Shown: in pieces, positions 44,734 to 53,450 of the stretch | How positions within the stretch are numbered: the first letter of the stretch is position 1 | How the letters are laid out: each line of letters begins with the position of its first letter | Notes under the pieces: generated by a model | The model's database searches: none | What the model was told of the DNA's origin: nothing | The model's input: only the letters and a program-made list of their open reading frames with translations | DNA from: Dehalococcoidia bacterium | Lineage (GTDB): Bacteria; Chloroflexota; Dehalococcoidia; Lucifugimonadales; Australimonadaceae | DNA length: 64,000 nucleotides | Assembly: GCA_034428575.1 (NCBI GenBank) | Contig: DAOUHP010000079.1 | Span: forward strand, 1,163 to 65,162 | Direction: 5' to 3' | Made by a program: the position numbers and the translations under genes

Positions 44734-45900
44734 TTGGGAACACCGCAGTCTGAGGAGAGAGGCGCTGCGGCGGCAGTGCTCGATTCCACAGCAGAGCCCA
44801 TCCTGCGCATCCGCGGTCTACGGAAACACTTCGGCGCTCAGCGCAGTGTCGCGGCCGTCGATGGGATCGATCTGGATGTCCTGCGCGGTGAGCTCTTTAC
44901 TCTCCTAGGGCCGAGCGGTTGCGGCAAGACGACTACGCTCAGGCTGATCGGAGGGCTGGAGCACCCGGACGAGGGAGAGATAGTGCTGGAAGGCCGGCCT
45001 ATCGTCTCGATCGGAGAGCGTGTCTTCGTACCTTCCCACCGGCGCAACATGGGGATGGTGTTCCAGTCCTACGCGGTGTGGCCGCACCTCAATGTATTCG
45101 AGAACATCGCTTACCCCTTGCGGGCACGCGGCGTTTCCCGTTCCGAGATTCGAGAGCGCGTCGCCCGGGTGATGCACTTGCTCGGGCTTGATGGCCTCGA
45201 ATCGCGGCCCGGTCCGTTACTCAGCGGAGGGCAGCAGCAGCGGGTGGCGCTTGCCCGCGCTCTCGTCTATGAGCCGGGAGTCCTCCTGCTGGATGAGCCG
45301 TTCAGCAACCTCGACGCGAAACTCCGAGAGCAGATGCGCGTGGAGTTGAAGGTTATCCAGCGGGAACTGGGTATAACCGTGGTGCTGGTGACACACGATC
45401 AGATCGAAGCGCTCAGCCTCTCCGATCGGTTGGCGGTGCTCAACGATGGGAAGGTACAACAGGCCGGCACGCCCGCCGAGGTGTACCAGCACCCGTTGAG
45501 CGAGTTCGTCCGCGACTTTATGGGACGGACGCTGACCATGAAGGCGATCGTGGCAGAGGGGAGCCGTCCGGACGCCGCCGCCGTTACGTTGGAAGGCGGC
45601 TCCACCGTCTGGGGGCGCACACAGGGGTCCTGGACGCCAAAGCCTGGCGCAAGCGCGGTCGTGGCGATCCGTCCCGAGCACGTGGGGATCAGCCTTGACA
45701 CTGAGCGTGCGGGATCGGCGAATACGCTGCGCGCAGTGATCGATACGCTGCTGTTCCTCGGTGACCGCTTCGAGTCCCGGGTGCGATGGGGCGACGACCA
45801 ACACCTGATCATGAGCCTCCCCTTGGACGCCGCTTGGGAGGAGGGTGCGCCCGTATTCCTTACGCTTCCTGAGCGGCACGTTTCCGTATGGCCAACGTAG
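44734..45900 (+). CDS. ABC transporter ATP-binding protein (FbpC/PotA-like)
   Basis: Walker A GPSGCGKTT, signature LSGGQQQR, Walker B LLLDEP, and a C-terminal TOBE-like extension. The start (TTG at 44734) is uncertain. Confidence 0.9.
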   Translation: MGTPQSEERGAAAAVLDSTAEPILRIRGLRKHFGAQRSVAAVDGIDLDVLRGELFTLLGPSGCGKTTTLRLIGGLEHPDEGEIVLEGRPIVSIGERVFVPSHRRNMGMVFQSYAVWPHLNVFENIAYPLRARGVSRSEIRERVARVMHLLGLDGLESRPGPLLSGGQQQRVALARALVYEPGVLLLDEPFSNLDAKLREQMRVELKVIQRELGITVVLVTHDQIEALSLSDRLAVLNDGKVQQAGTPAEVYQHPLSEFVRDFMGRTLTMKAIVAEGSRPDAAAVTLEGGSTVWGRTQGSWTPKPGASAVVAIRPEHVGISLDTERAGSANTLRAVIDTLLFLGDRFESRVRWGDDQHLIMSLPLDAAWEEGAPVFLTLPERHVSVWPT

Positions 45901-47615
45901 CAGCGCAATTGCGGCCGTCGGCGTGGCCTATCGAGACGAAGACCATCCTCCAGGTCTTCCTCCTCCTCAGTCTGGCTGCCATCGTCCTGTACCCGATCTT
46001 CCTGCTGCTGCTCAACAGCTTCCAGGACTCCAGGCCAGGGCAGCCGGCCGAGTACACACTGGAGAATTGGCGGTTCGCGTTTACGAACCCCGGGATGCGG
46101 AAAGCGCTCATCAATACGGTCACTCTTCTGGTGACACGGGAAGGGATAGCGCTCCTCGTAGCCATTCCTTCGGCATGGCTCCTGGCCCGTACGGACCTGC
46201 CCTTCAAGGGATGGATCGAGCTGGGCCTGTGGGTGACCTTCTTCCTGCCCACGCTCCCGGTCACAATGGGTTGGATCTTGCTGCTTGACCCCAACTACGG
46301 CGTCATCAACACGACCCTGGAGCGGTTGTCCTTCATCAACAAGTCGCCGTTCGACATCTACTCGTGGTGGGGCATCGTCTGGGTTCACCTTATGACCAGC
46401 TCCATCGCCTTCAAAGTGGTGATGCTGGCGCCCGCCTTTCGGAATATCAACTCTGCCCTGGAAGAGTCGTCCCGCATGGCCGGCGTCAGTCCCATCGGCA
46501 CCTTCCGGAAGATCGTGTTCCCCCTGGCGATGCCCAGCATCATCGTCATCACGATGATTGCCCTCGTCATCTCGTTCCAGGCATTCGAGGTCGAGCAGGT
46601 GCTTGGCTCGCTGCGCAACATAGAAGTGTTCAGCACAAAGATCTTTCAGTTGCTCCGCCGCACCCCTGTCGACTTCGGAGCGGCAACCGCTCTGGCCGCG
46701 ACAGTCATCTTCGCGTTGATCCCTCTCGCGCTATTCCAGTATTGGTACGTCGGCCGGCGCCGCTACGCGACGGTAACCGGGCAGTTCCAGGTCAATCTGT
46801 TCCGCCTCGGACGCTGGCGCTGGATCTTCTTCGGGATGTTTGCGGGTTACCTCGTCCTCTCGCTCATCGTCCCGTCGAGTTTTCTGTTCCTGGGTACCTT
46901 CATGACGCTCTGGGGCTACTTCAGCGGCCTGCCTGACCCCTGGACGCTCGCCAACTGGCAGAAGGTGCTCTCCGACAGCCTGTTCCTCAGCGCCGTCCGA
47001 AGCACCCTGGTCATCGGGTTCGGCTCAGCGCTGTTCGGTATCGTCTGGTTCTCACTCATCGCGTACGTCATTGTGCGCACGAACTTCCGGCTGCGATTCC
47101 TGCTCGACTTCCTGTCGTGGCTCCCGTGGGCCCTTCCCGGCATCATCCTGGGGTTGGGTTTTCTCTGGATGGTGCTTGGCATACCGATCCTTCGTCCGCT
47201 GCACTCCACGACCTTCGTGCTGATCATGATCGTGACCCTGGGCTCGATAACCGTGGGAACGCAGATGTTCAAGGCCAACCTGCTTCAGATCGGCCAGGAC
47301 ATGGAGGAGGCCTCGCGGATCAGCGGCGGCTCCTGGCTCTATACATACAGGCGCGTGCTGCTTCCCATCATGATGCCCACCGTCATCTCGGTGGGTCTCG
47401 TCACTTTCGTGTTTGCAGCGCGGGACGTCAGCCGGGTTGCGCTGCTCGCCAGCAGCGAGAACCGGCCTCTGGCCCTGCTCCAGCTCGACTTCCTGACCAG
47501 CTACAACCTCGAAGCAGCCTCCGTGGTTGGAGTCATCATCATCCTCTTGACGACGGGCGTCGCCGTGGCCGCCCGCCTCATCGGCCTGCAGGTCGGGACC
47601 CAGACCGGAAATTGA
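45888..47615 (+). CDS. ABC transporter permease, fused two-domain type
   Basis: 575 aa. The ATG overlaps the ATPase gene's 3' end by 13 nt. Paralogue of the other three permeases. Confidence 0.85.
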   Translation: MANVAAQLRPSAWPIETKTILQVFLLLSLAAIVLYPIFLLLLNSFQDSRPGQPAEYTLENWRFAFTNPGMRKALINTVTLLVTREGIALLVAIPSAWLLARTDLPFKGWIELGLWVTFFLPTLPVTMGWILLLDPNYGVINTTLERLSFINKSPFDIYSWWGIVWVHLMTSSIAFKVVMLAPAFRNINSALEESSRMAGVSPIGTFRKIVFPLAMPSIIVITMIALVISFQAFEVEQVLGSLRNIEVFSTKIFQLLRRTPVDFGAATALAATVIFALIPLALFQYWYVGRRRYATVTGQFQVNLFRLGRWRWIFFGMFAGYLVLSLIVPSSFLFLGTFMTLWGYFSGLPDPWTLANWQKVLSDSLFLSAVRSTLVIGFGSALFGIVWFSLIAYVIVRTNFRLRFLLDFLSWLPWALPGIILGLGFLWMVLGIPILRPLHSTTFVLIMIVTLGSITVGTQMFKANLLQIGQDMEEASRISGGSWLYTYRRVLLPIMMPTVISVGLVTFVFAARDVSRVALLASSENRPLALLQLDFLTSYNLEAASVVGVIIILLTTGVAVAARLIGLQVGTQTGN

Positions 47616-47645
47616 GATCGCCCTCGATCGCGCTGGAACCGGCTT

Positions 47646-47674
47646 TTGACAAGACTGGGGGTCACTGGCAAACT
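47646..47674 (+). promoter_or_regulatory. Weak candidate promoter for the hydrolase/PrpD-like genes
   Basis: TTGACA-N17-CAAACT, about 80 nt upstream of the ATG at 47755. Confidence 0.3.
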
Positions 47675-47754
47675 CCGAAGCCGAAGGCCGACGTGGGGAT
47701 ACGATCCATAGCAGGCTGTCGGCTATCGGTTGAGAACGCAACAGGAGGGAGTGC

Positions 47755-48606
47755 ATGGCGACTCTACAGGAACTGGCGCAGGCGACCGAGGAATCGACCA
47801 GCAAGTATGTCCAGGCAGGTGGGATCCGCCTGCATTACAACGAGGTAGGCACAGGGGACCCTATCCTTTGCCTCCACGGTGGGGGCCCCGGAGCCACGAG
47901 CTGGAGCAACTTCAAGCAGAACCTGCCGGACATCGCGCGAGACCACCGCGTGCTCATGATGGACATGCCCGGCTGGGGCAAGTCCGAGTTTCCTGAGTAC
48001 GACGAGGACTGGTTCGACTTCATCGGCCGCGTCATCGAGGACTTTCTGGACGCTGTTGGTGTCGACCAGGTGGACCTCATCGGCAACTCCATGGGCGGAC
48101 AGGCAGGCCTCGGCTTCGCCCTCAGAAGCCCGCAGCGGCTGAAGCACCTCGTCCTCATCGGCAGCCAGCCGACAGAAGCCGGAATCGTGATCCAGCCGAC
48201 TCCCCAGGAGGCGTTGGCCAACATCGCCGCGTACTACGCCGGGGATGGCCCGAGCATCGAGAAGATGGAGCGACTCGTCCGCAGCCTGATATACGATTTC
48301 TCGCTCGTCACACCGGAGACCATCCGGGAACGATACGAGTCCAGCATCACGCCCGTGAACATGGAGCGAGGCAGGCGCGGGTTCTCGAAGCGCCGCGACC
48401 TCTACAGTGAGCTGTCCAGCATCTCGGTGCCCACGCTGATCATCTGGGGCCAGGAGGACAAGGGCGGCGCGCTGGAAGTCGGTCTGCAGATGTTGAAGAA
48501 GCTGCAGAACGCCCGGCTGTACGTCTTCCAGCGCTGCGGGCACTGGGCGCAGGTCGAGCACCGGGACGAGTTCGACCGCGTCGTCCTGGACTTCTTCGCA
48601 TCCTAG
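47755..48606 (+). CDS. Alpha/beta hydrolase, meta-cleavage-product (C-C bond) hydrolase-like (BphD/MhpC type)
   Basis: LCLHGGGPGA, nucleophile elbow GNSMGG and the C-terminal CGHWAQVE histidine motif. AGGAGGGAG SD. Confidence 0.8.
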   Translation: MATLQELAQATEESTSKYVQAGGIRLHYNEVGTGDPILCLHGGGPGATSWSNFKQNLPDIARDHRVLMMDMPGWGKSEFPEYDEDWFDFIGRVIEDFLDAVGVDQVDLIGNSMGGQAGLGFALRSPQRLKHLVLIGSQPTEAGIVIQPTPQEALANIAAYYAGDGPSIEKMERLVRSLIYDFSLVTPETIRERYESSITPVNMERGRRGFSKRRDLYSELSSISVPTLIIWGQEDKGGALEVGLQMLKKLQNARLYVFQRCGHWAQVEHRDEFDRVVLDFFAS

Positions 48607-48666
48607 GCGGATACCGATGGTGAGGCTGCGGCGCTCGCCGGAGTCCGCTCTTCCAGGGCCGGTGGC

Positions 48667-50064
48667 ATGATGGACACCCAACCGATGGCCCTCACCAGGG
48701 CTGTGTCCGCTTTCGCTTCCGACCTCCGGTACGACGACCTGCCCCCCCAGGTGGTCGATGTGGTCAAGCGCATCGCGCTCGATACGGTCGGCACGACGCT
48801 GGCGGCGACGACCCTCGGCGACGGGTGCGCCGAGGCGGAGGGCGTCGTGCGCGGCGCGGGCGGAGGGGCGGAGTGCAGCCTCATCGGCTATGGCCGGAAG
48901 GCCCCCGCGCTGACCGCTGCGTTCGTGAACGGCTCCACGGCCCATGCGCTCAACTTCGATCCCCTGGGCGGCAGCGGTGGCCACCTTGGCGTGAGCACGC
49001 TCCCATCCGCGCTCGCCGCAGCCGAGCGCCGCGGCGGCGTCAGCGGCAGGGATCTCATCGCCGCGATGGCCGCCGCCGCCGAGGTGACCGCCCGCCTGGC
49101 GGTGGCCCTCTCGCGTGCCCGGGTCAACGCCAACGAACGCTTCCTCGAGGGACAGTTGCTCGGCTACTTCGGCGCCGCCGTCGGAGCGGGCAGGGTGATG
49201 GACCTCAGCGCTGAGCGGATGCACAGCGCGCTTGGCGCGGCGCTGATGCAGGCTGGCGGCTCGATGCAGGTCGTCTTCGACGGCGACCCTCCCGCGAAGG
49301 CGATCTATGGCGGCTTCGCCAACCTGGGGGGCATGCTCGCCGCCCTGCTCGCCGAACAGGGCTTGGGCGCTGAGGTTGACGTGCTGGAAGGCAGAGCGGG
49401 AATCTATGGTTTGTTCTACGGAGGGACGTACGACTCATCCGCGCTCTCGGAGGGACTGGGTGAAGAGTGGTGCCTGCTGGACGCGCGGTTCAAGCCCTGG
49501 CCCACCAGCGGCAACGTCCATCCGTACATCGAGGCGGCTACTCGGATCGCCGCGCAGGGCGTCGGCCCTGACGACGTCCGGGCGATCGTCGCACGCGCAG
49601 GGACGGCGCTGCGCCCTTGGTGCGAGCCCATCGAGGAGCGACGCCGCCCGCCCAACCCCACGTCAGCGGCCAACAGCATCGTCTACGGCATCGCGAAGGC
49701 GCTGACCAACGGCCAGGTAGTCCTCGATGACTTCACCAAGGCTGGCCTGCTGCAGGAGGAAGCCTTGCGCGTCGCGGACCTCGCCGCCTGCGAGGTCGAC
49801 GATGCCTATGCGGACCAGGGAACGGTTGAATTGCACACCGCCGACGGTCGCGTGCTCACCGAGAGCGTGGAGGTCTCTCTCGGCCATCCGAGGCGCCCCT
49901 TGAGCGACGAGCAACTGATCGAGAAGTTCAGGGACTGCGCAGGCCATGCAGCCAGTCCCATCCCGGACGCGCAACTGCAGACACTGATCGATGCCTTGGT
50001 GTCGCTCGAAACCCTGGCCGACGTCGGCCGGGTCGGAGACCTGTCGCGCGGACCTCTGACCTAG
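48667..50064 (+). CDS. MmgE/PrpD family protein (2-methylcitrate dehydratase-like)
   Basis: 465 aa. The N-terminus (FASDLRYDDLPPQVVDVVKRIALDTVGTTLAA ... NGSTAHALNFD) is characteristic of the family. Confidence 0.8.
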   Translation: MMDTQPMALTRAVSAFASDLRYDDLPPQVVDVVKRIALDTVGTTLAATTLGDGCAEAEGVVRGAGGGAECSLIGYGRKAPALTAAFVNGSTAHALNFDPLGGSGGHLGVSTLPSALAAAERRGGVSGRDLIAAMAAAAEVTARLAVALSRARVNANERFLEGQLLGYFGAAVGAGRVMDLSAERMHSALGAALMQAGGSMQVVFDGDPPAKAIYGGFANLGGMLAALLAEQGLGAEVDVLEGRAGIYGLFYGGTYDSSALSEGLGEEWCLLDARFKPWPTSGNVHPYIEAATRIAAQGVGPDDVRAIVARAGTALRPWCEPIEERRRPPNPTSAANSIVYGIAKALTNGQVVLDDFTKAGLLQEEALRVADLAACEVDDAYADQGTVELHTADGRVLTESVEVSLGHPRRPLSDEQLIEKFRDCAGHAASPIPDAQLQTLIDALVSLETLADVGRVGDLSRGPLT

Positions 50065-50288
50065 AGGCCGACGTCGTCTGCCGGAAGGGGCTTCTCCCGC
50101 GTCGAGGGCGCTACGAGCGGCACGAAGAACTCGTGGTCCACGCGCGTGAGTGCCTCGAGTTCGAGCGGATCCAGGTAGATCTCGTCGCCGGAGCCGAGGT
50201 CCTTGATGTGCAGCCGCACTCCGTTGGCCGATTGGTCCAGTGCGATCTCGACCATCGCGAACTCGCTCTGCACGACGAAGCTGTCCAT
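50061..50288 (-). CDS. Small conserved hypothetical protein linked to Rieske alpha-beta pairs (75 aa)
   Basis: The ATG at 50288 follows GGGAGG with a 6-nt spacer and lies 13 nt after the beta stop codon. Shares SEFA..V....D..ANG.RL...DL..G.E.YLDP.ELE.LT with the 23753-23947 product. The track merges it into a longer, implausible ORF. Confidence 0.6.
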   Translation of the reverse strand: MDSFVVQSEFAMVEIALDQSANGVRLHIKDLGSGDEIYLDPLELEALTRVDHEFFVPLVAPSTREKPLPADDVGL

Positions 50289-50301
50289 CGTCAACCTCCC
50301 G

Positions 50302-50808
50302 CTAGATGAGGAATGATAGATTGATGATGGGCATGTGCCGGTTGATGAGCACGACCTTCTTGTGAGCGATGCGCCAGCGGTCCTCCCGGCGTAGCACGTA
50401 GTAGCACTTGGCGGGGAGAGCGCGAAGGTCCCCGAGACCCAGCTGGCGATGGTCGCCCGTGCGGACCTCATGCACAACGAGGTTGCAGCGCACGTTGACC
50501 TCGTTGTCGGCCTCCCCGGGCGTGACCTGCACGTTCGTGATGCTGTGGACGGTTCGCGAGGGCGGCGACTGGGCGAAGTTGCGCTCATGCGCGAGCTGAT
50601 GGACGCGCAACTGGCGCAGTTGACCGTCGTCCCAGAGGATCGACGTCTCCCGCGTGGGGTCTGAGTGCTCCTCGATGGGGATCCAGTAGATGGCGTCCTC
50701 GGTGAAGAGGTCGAGCCAGGGTGGGAATTCGCGTTCGTCGAGCAGCCGGGCTTCTTCGTACAAGAAGTCTTCGGCTTCCTGGCGGGTCATGCTGGCCGTA
50801 GAAACCAC
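50302..50808 (-). CDS. Rieske ring-hydroxylating oxygenase, beta subunit
   Basis: RQEAEDFLYEEARLLDEREFPPWLDLF. Starts directly after the alpha stop codon. The start is GTG at 50808 or ATG at 50790. Confidence 0.85.
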   Translation of the reverse strand: MVSTASMTRQEAEDFLYEEARLLDEREFPPWLDLFTEDAIYWIPIEEHSDPTRETSILWDDGQLRQLRVHQLAHERNFAQSPPSRTVHSITNVQVTPGEADNEVNVRCNLVVHEVRTGDHRQLGLGDLRALPAKCYYVLRREDRWRIAHKKVVLINRHMPIINLSFLI

Positions 50809-50810
50809 GT

Positions 50811-52091
50811 CTAGAGACCCGCCCTCACCTCGCCCATGACCTGGACCCAGTAGCGATAGAAGGAACGCTGGGGGACCTCATCCGAGTAGTTCCCGATGCA
50901 CTCTCCAGCCGCGCCCGCCTGCTCGCGGTCCATACCACGGTCCACTATGAGCCACTCCATCCGCGATCGGAGGCCCGTCTGGTTGGCGGCGAACATCTCG
51001 AGGTCGCTCGGGTTCACCATTCCCGTCGTGCTCAGTTGGCGCGTACCTTCGTACAGCCTACGGGTGTTGAGTTCGTCGGACACGCCGTGCAGCCAGAAGG
51101 GGTGGGAGTAGACCTCCGTGTACTCCAGCGATATGGGCTGGATGACGCGGACCAGCTCGTCGAACAGGAACACGTTCGGGAAGATGAAGACGTGCCGGTT
51201 CGAGATGATCTCGCTCGCGCGCTCGTCGCCGTGGACCTCTTGCAGCTTCGCGTGGTACTCCTGGAAGCGCTCCGGCAGGCCCCGACCGAGGCCGCGGCCG
51301 TCCATGACGCCTCCCTCGAGAGTGGAGTGGCCCCGCGGGAACCCGCGGGAGATGTTGCCCCGCTTGATCAGGTCCCGGGCGTTGAAGTTGCCGATGCCGA
51401 AGTTGCCGAACGTAGAGAACGCAGATTCGTGGACGACCCCCGGATGGTAGCCGTCCACGCCGTTCTCGCACTGGAACTTCCAGTTCCCCGGGTAGGCGTA
51501 GCGGTGCGGTCGCAGCAGCCTGTGCTCGCCGCCGATGCTCCGGTCGGCCCACAGGTCTATGTGCTCCTTGAGCGAGCCTAAATGCTCATCCAGCGAAGGC
51601 ACGTCTTCGAAGAGGCTTGCGAACATCAGCCCGCGATACGTGTCCAGTTTGGCCACCGAGATGAGGCTGATCCCCCGCGGTGAAAACCCCTCCGGGTAGC
51701 GCCCGCCGTCCGGAACGCCGATGAGTTCGCCACTGTTGCGGTACGTCCAGGCATGGTACGGGCACCGGAAGTTCTGCGAGTTCCCGTAGTACTCGCGGCA
51801 GATGGCGTTCGCCCGGTGACGGCACACGTTGAGGAGGGCGTGCAGCCCGCCGTTCTTGTCCCGTGTGAGGATGATGGGGTAGCGGCCGATCTGGGCCGTC
51901 TTGTAGTCGCCGGGCTCGGCGACCTCACTCTCGTGGCCCACGTAGACCCACGTCTTCTCCCAGATCTCCGCGATCTCCCGTTCGAAGACATCCGCGTCCG
52001 TATACACGCTTGAATGCACACGGAAGGATCTGTCCCGGATATCGATGAGGTCTGTGTAGTCGAGGTGGGACGGTTTCGTTCGCGTTGTCAT
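50811..52091 (-). CDS. Rieske ring-hydroxylating oxygenase, alpha subunit (copy 5)
   Basis: CRHRANAIC...CPYHAWTY and ENGVDGYHPGVVH. GAAGGAG lies 7 nt before the ATG at 52091. Confidence 0.9.
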   Translation of the reverse strand: MTTRTKPSHLDYTDLIDIRDRSFRVHSSVYTDADVFEREIAEIWEKTWVYVGHESEVAEPGDYKTAQIGRYPIILTRDKNGGLHALLNVCRHRANAICREYYGNSQNFRCPYHAWTYRNSGELIGVPDGGRYPEGFSPRGISLISVAKLDTYRGLMFASLFEDVPSLDEHLGSLKEHIDLWADRSIGGEHRLLRPHRYAYPGNWKFQCENGVDGYHPGVVHESAFSTFGNFGIGNFNARDLIKRGNISRGFPRGHSTLEGGVMDGRGLGRGLPERFQEYHAKLQEVHGDERASEIISNRHVFIFPNVFLFDELVRVIQPISLEYTEVYSHPFWLHGVSDELNTRRLYEGTRQLSTTGMVNPSDLEMFAANQTGLRSRMEWLIVDRGMDREQAGAAGECIGNYSDEVPQRSFYRYWVQVMGEVRAGL

Positions 52092-52158
52092 TGACCCGCT
52101 CCTTCACCGGACCCGTACGGCAGCAGCCGCGCTCTTCTCGAAACGAAGCTTTTAGAGC

Positions 52159-52187
52159 GTTGTACACCCGGCCGATTTCACTGTCAA
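52159..52187 (-). promoter_or_regulatory. Sigma-70-like promoter for the alpha-beta-small-ORF operon
   Basis: Minus strand reads TTGACA-N17-TACAAC, about 65 nt upstream of the ATG at 52091. Confidence 0.5.
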
Positions 52188-52230
52188 CAATATTCGTTCG
52201 ACTCCTGAGCCTCGTCATCATCGGTCCTCG

Positions 52231-52260
52231 TTGGCGGCCTTGCGTCCGTGGTGCTACGCT
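52231..52260 (+). promoter_or_regulatory. Weak candidate promoter for the LLM oxidoreductase gene
   Basis: TTGGCG-N18-(TGc)TACGCT, 34 nt upstream of the GTG at 52295. Confidence 0.25.
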
Positions 52261-52294
52261 TGCCCGGCAGACCCGCGCTGCTGGAAGGTGAAGC

Positions 52295-53245
52295 GTGTTC
52301 ATCGACATCCTGGCGCCCACCGGCGTCAGCATCGAAGAGACCGTCGATTTCGCCCGGCGCGCCGAAGCAGCCGGGGCCTCGGGTGTAGGTATGCCCGACC
52401 ACCTGGAGCATGGGCGCGACGGCTTCCTCGCTCTCGCCCTGGCGGCTCGGGTCACGTCGTCCATCGCTCTATACCCCGCGGTCACCAACGTCCTCACCCG
52501 CCACCCATTCCAGTTGGCCGTCCTCGCGCGCTCCATGCAGGAGATAGCGGGCAGTCGCTTCAAGCTGGTGATAGGCGCGGGCGGGACCACGGCCGAGCAT
52601 ACCGGTCAGCCCCCGGCTTCCCGGCAGCGCCTCCGTGAGGCCGTGACCTCCATCAGGGCGCTGCTCCGCGGTGACGCCGTGCCATTCGGGTCGAGCCCCA
52701 GCGAGCGCATCGAGGACCCCGACCCGCCGGGTCCGCCGGTCATGCTCGCGGCTTCCGGCCCCAGGGCCATCCGCCTCGCCGGGGAGATAGCCGACGGAGC
52801 CCTGCTATTCACGGGCATCTCGGCGCCCATCCGGGGGCTCGGGGTCGAATTGCTCGCTGAAGGGCAGGCCCTGCGCGAACTCGCGGCGCGACCGTTCGAG
52901 GTCACCTTCAATACGCTGGTCTCGGTAGACGACGACCCGGAGGCTGCACGGGAGCGCACGCGCAGGGCTGCATTCAACTGGCTCAGGCTGAAACGTTTCG
53001 ATATCGGCTTGGACCGCATCGGCGTGCGGCCCGATATCCCGGAGGCAGCGTCGGACCTCTCCGACGACCTGCTGGCCACGGTCTGCGAGCACTTCTTCAT
53101 CGTGGGAAACGCCGCGGACTGCGCGTCGAAGCTCGAAGCGCTGGCAGGCGACGGCTTGGACCGGGTACTGCTGATGCCGGCGGGCGGCCCGGCCGGAGCG
53201 GAGAGGGTCTTCGAGGTGGTGGAAGCAATCACCGGGGGCCGATAG
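52295..53245 (+). CDS. Luciferase-like (LLM class) flavin/F420-dependent oxidoreductase
   Basis: 316 aa. GASGVGMPDHL, FKLVIGAGG and the overall TIM-barrel LLM pattern. GTG start. Confidence 0.75.
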   Translation: MFIDILAPTGVSIEETVDFARRAEAAGASGVGMPDHLEHGRDGFLALALAARVTSSIALYPAVTNVLTRHPFQLAVLARSMQEIAGSRFKLVIGAGGTTAEHTGQPPASRQRLREAVTSIRALLRGDAVPFGSSPSERIEDPDPPGPPVMLAASGPRAIRLAGEIADGALLFTGISAPIRGLGVELLAEGQALRELAARPFEVTFNTLVSVDDDPEAARERTRRAAFNWLRLKRFDIGLDRIGVRPDIPEAASDLSDDLLATVCEHFFIVGNAADCASKLEALAGDGLDRVLLMPAGGPAGAERVFEVVEAITGGR

Positions 53246-53334
53246 CGTAGTAGCTGTAGCCGGAGTGCTGTGTACCGCCGCCCTCGGCGACTGCGCCGCC
53301 GACCGTCATTGCGGGCTCATATCGACGGCGGAAA

Positions 53335-53410
53335 TGGTGGAGCCGAGGGGACTCGAACCCCTGACCCCCTGCTTGCAAAGCAGGTGCTCTCCCAACTGAG
53401 CTACGGCCCC
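53335..53410 (-). tRNA. tRNA-Ala (anticodon UGC), CCA encoded
   Basis: The minus strand folds as a 76-nt cloverleaf: GGGGCCGTAGCTCAGTTGGGAGAGCACCTGCTTTGCAAGCAGGGGGTCAGGGGTTCGAGTCCCCTCGGCTCCACCA. The anticodon loop is TTTGCAA, and the G3:U70 alanine identity pair and GGTTCGAGTCC T-arm are present. Confidence 0.95.
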
Positions 53411-53450
53411 ACGCGTACGGTTGCGGTGCAGTCAGGATACCATCCAGCGC

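Noticed and set aside
47764-49224. 486-aa minus-strand ORF
   Set aside because: It is antisense to the alpha/beta hydrolase and MmgE/PrpD genes. It has no motifs and a shadow-ORF composition.
53246-53450. tRNA-Ala as an integration hotspot or genomic-island boundary
   Set aside because: No integrase, direct repeat of the tRNA 3' end, or mobile-element gene lies on either side. The flanking genes are ordinary metabolic genes.
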